A stretch of DNA of 64,000 nucleotides from Adineta vaga (taxonomy: Eukaryota > Animalia > Rotifera), in the NCBI GenBank assembly GCA_021613535.1, contig CP075494.1, forward strand, positions 8,308,001 to 8,372,000. The letters run 5' to 3'. Shown in pieces: positions 54,670-64,000 of this stretch (position 1 is its first letter; each line of letters begins with the position of its first letter). A model generated the notes under the pieces. That model saw only the letters and a program-made list of their open reading frames with translations, did no database searches and was not told the origin of the DNA. The position numbers and the translations under genes were made by a program.

Positions 54670-56529
54670 TTATTTCTTAGTTTTTTGGCGTTTAAGTTGT
54701 TTCTTTTGAAGAAATTCCTTGAGTTTAGCATCACGTATTTGAGTTTTACGTGCTAATCGTTTTCCAATCTTGCCTTTTTTCTTATCAGCACCGACAATTA
54801 ATTCTTTAGGTTTGACAAAATTGAATTCTTTCTGTTTTTCTTCTTGTTTTCGAACAAATGCTTTTCGATCAATTTCACTCAATACGGAATTATCCAAAGT
54901 GATGATTTCTGGTTGAATCTATAGAAACAAAACACAATAGAAAGAAATCGTGTAAAAAATGAAACTTATTGCTATTACTTTGTCAAGTAATTGTTTGACT
55001 TCTGCATGTTTACGTTGTTTTTTCGTTTGATATGGATTTGCTTCTAGTGCATCAAAATTTGGTTCACCAGCACCAGGCACAAGTAATGATATAAATCCAC
55101 GTTCATGGCCAACACCGAGAACATCTTCATAAGGACAAAACGCTAGAGATGATACAGATGAACCATTGGGAGATCGATGAAGAAGATATCGTGGTAGTTC
55201 ATTCGACGATGACGATTCTTCATCATACAAATCTTTGTATGTCTATAAAATAAGAAAAGTAGTTTGAATCTAATTGTAATCGTCAATGATGACAATAATA
55301 ATACCTCTACAACATCCCTATAACTTGCTGCTAGAAGTTTTTTCTGACTAAACGCTAATGTTGATGCACCACTCGATGATGTACGATATTCATTTAGACA
55401 TTTGTAATTTCTTAAATCCCAGATTTTTAATTTAGCATCAACACCACTGGTTGCCATATAACTGAAATTAGAAAATTTTCAGAAGAAGCTTCCCATCTTG
55501 TTTTCTCCCTCTCTCTTACGTTCCAGTATATTCGATTGCTATTGATCGTAATGTTGATTTATGTGCTAACATTTTCACTACTGGTTCACGTTGATTAGGT
55601 GACCAGAATGTGAGAACACCGCCTGCATGCCCAAGACCAACCAATGCATTCGATGGATTTTGACACATGACTGATGTACCGCATCTACCATTTCCATTTG
55701 CAATTCTTGTATTATAAGCTGCAACTTTTTTACCAATCGATACATCGATGTAAGATAAATATCCAGCTTCATTCTAAATGAAATTCTATACAAAAAATAG
55801 CTAGTAGAACATTGTTAATTACTGTAGCAGCAAGTAAGAAATGATATGGAAGAAATTCCAAATGTAATGAACGATCAAGTACTTTAAGACAATGAACTTC
55901 TACACCTTGATTATCATAAATATAAGTCCATTGTCGTTGTGCAACAGCATACATAGTTTCAATATGTAACCATCTAATGACCAAAACAAAACTTTCAGAA
56001 TTAATAAATATTTATTTCAATATTTTACTTGACATCATTAATTTGTTCCATCACATTCAATTCACAATGTAATTTCTTCGTTTGCCAATCAAATGCAGCA
56101 ACATGACCTTTTCGACCACCAAGTAACAAATGTCTAGAAGGAAACGAACACATTCTACAATTTGAATATGTGTGAAAAATACACTAACCGTCCATTTCGT
56201 GTATAATCAATATGATAAGGACCATATAATGGAAGTTGTAAATCAAAACGTTTTTGTGCACTGAATATATCGACTGAAGATTTAATGTCACCTTGAGTTA
56301 AATCATCAATTCGTTCGTCTTCATTATCCACTGTATCTGGAGCAATATAACTAAAAAATTGATATAAAATACATTGAAAAGAAAGAATTTAGTTTTCTAT
56401 TTCATATATGAAATATATTTACCCTTCTTCTTCGACATGTAAAATTTCTGAACGTGTTGCTTGACGTGTAGCAAACTTTGATTTACGTTCTTTAACATGA
56501 ATCCACTTTTTAGTACGACGTGTTGCCAT
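54670..56529 (-). CDS. WDR46: WD repeat protein 46 / UTP7 (SSU processome)
   Basis: [38 protein letters not shown] and [12 protein letters not shown]...[17 protein letters not shown]...EVKQLLDK. An in-frame TAA just upstream fixes the ATG at 56529. Confidence 0.94.
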
Positions 56530-56922
56530 TTGAAAATCTTTTTATTTCTCTTCTAAAAAGTATAAATTATTACTACTACGTTCTACGATCGATTTATTCA
56601 ATTCAATATTTGCAAAGATGAATCATTATTCGTTGAGAACCATCCAATACGATGAGATAGATGGCATACATAGACAGACAGTACGATATATTTTACTAAA
56701 GTCACTTCGCACTATTAAAATTTGTTATTTAGAGATAAGAATAGAGAGAATTATTTTATTCGTATTACAAGACAAGAAACATCAGACAATAGCACACTGA
56801 AGATTAAGAATAGGATACATGTATAATTTGGCAATCATTTCAACATAAAATGATTATACAACAAAAAAGAAAAAAACTTCAGATTCTTCAATAATCACGC
56901 AAAAAGAAGCAGTAGAGAACAT

Positions 56923-62786
<5,864 letters not shown>

Positions 62787-64000
62787 TATTGTTGCGTATG
62801 AAATGATTGCTCACTAAACAATGATTCAAATGATTATATGATCAGTGAACTTTTTCTTTCGATAATCTCTCTTCTTCGATCGGATTAATGATGATTGTAT
62901 GTTATGACAAAATCATATTGTTTTTTAATGAATCCACTGATTTGTCAATACAAATCTGAACGCGAAAGACCAATAAAACGATGATAGACGTCTCTATTCA
63001 AAAATTGACATTTTATCTCTCAAATAAACCATCAAATACTCAATTGAAGAACGAATGTTTCGTTTAGTATAAATATATGAAATGATTAAAAATCTTATAC
63101 TACAGTTATCTAAACAAATCTACTGAGAAAGTTAGTATATACTTTAACGATTTGACGAATTGTTCGCAAGATTCAAATCTGTCATTATCAGAAGAACTAA
63201 CATCAATACACTAACTGCTATGTTATACAAAATAATGACATGAAATCGAAAAGTATTTATAACTCGCGTCATATTTATTCTGTTCAATACAATATATCAT
63301 TATCATCTTCAATCAAACGATAGTGCCAGATGTTTCTCCGAGCAAGATACAACGATTATCACATATCAATATACAACCGATCATATTTTATTTAGATATT
63401 TTCAATATCTAGTAAAATTTCTCGTAATATGTGATAAATAACGTCAAGGGTCAATTTTTATGACTGTTCTGTTTTGTAAGAGAATAAAAACAGAAAAATA
63501 AGTTCGGATCCAGGCAATTTCCTATCGAGTAATTGAAGCGATGAATATCATAAGTTTGTATGCTGTTTGTCGTTATGTACAACGGCGTTTTGACGCAACG
63601 TACTTGGAAAATCTAATCAATATTAGCTGTTCTCTATTATATTAGGACTTTCCTAGTAAACTACAATTTATCTGGGTACATAAATAGTTGATTAATTATC
63701 AAAAAGTTTCACTATTCATTTCCATCTGTTGTTTTCAATATAATAATAATTGGAGAAATAACAAAGATATACAATTATCATCTAAACGACGCATTGTTTT
63801 TACGATCAGTCTATTTGACAGACAGAACTACGATGTCAAGAATTGTTTTTCTCAAGATACTTCCCTCGATAGATGATATATTTGGTAACAATCAATACAT
63901 TTCCTTTATTTTATAAAATAATACTTCAAAAAGAAGTTGTATCACAAGAGGAACAAAAAAAACAGACATTTTCAGTTCTTCTTCGTTTTTTGTGCATAAA

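Overview
A gene-dense, AT-rich eukaryotic window with many short (about 50-70 nt) GT-AG introns. The gene set, intron style and intronless foreign-looking genes fit a bdelloid rotifer (Adineta/Rotaria-like); this is inference, not proof. I can assemble about 21 genes: myosin VI (5'-partial), SEC63, an NHE/SLC9 exchanger with a 1-nt frameshift, an intronless microbial-type cytosine deaminase, RECQL, a PREP/PKNOX homeobox gene, ERI1, an orphan 485-aa disordered protein, SLC20/PiT, Ku80, an intronless secreted propeller-like protein, an orphan spliced gene, FAF1, a UAS-only FAF1 paralog, LAMTOR1, a 52-aa Cys/His microprotein missing from the ORF track, TMEM230, Ras, an M17 leucine aminopeptidase, MUL1, WDR46 and a Xin-repeat-like/LIM protein. 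Four signals stand out. (1) A recurrent operon-like junction (stop, AATAAA, unpaired splice acceptor, ATG) links head-to-tail genes and suggests polycistronic units resolved by trans-splicing. (2) The foreign-looking deaminase has a remodelled pocket and an added phospho-site tail. (3) The 52-aa microprotein looks horizontally acquired. (4) There is an unexplained ~150-nt structured-RNA candidate. Exon boundaries were read by eye and all homology calls come from remembered motifs; no searches were run.
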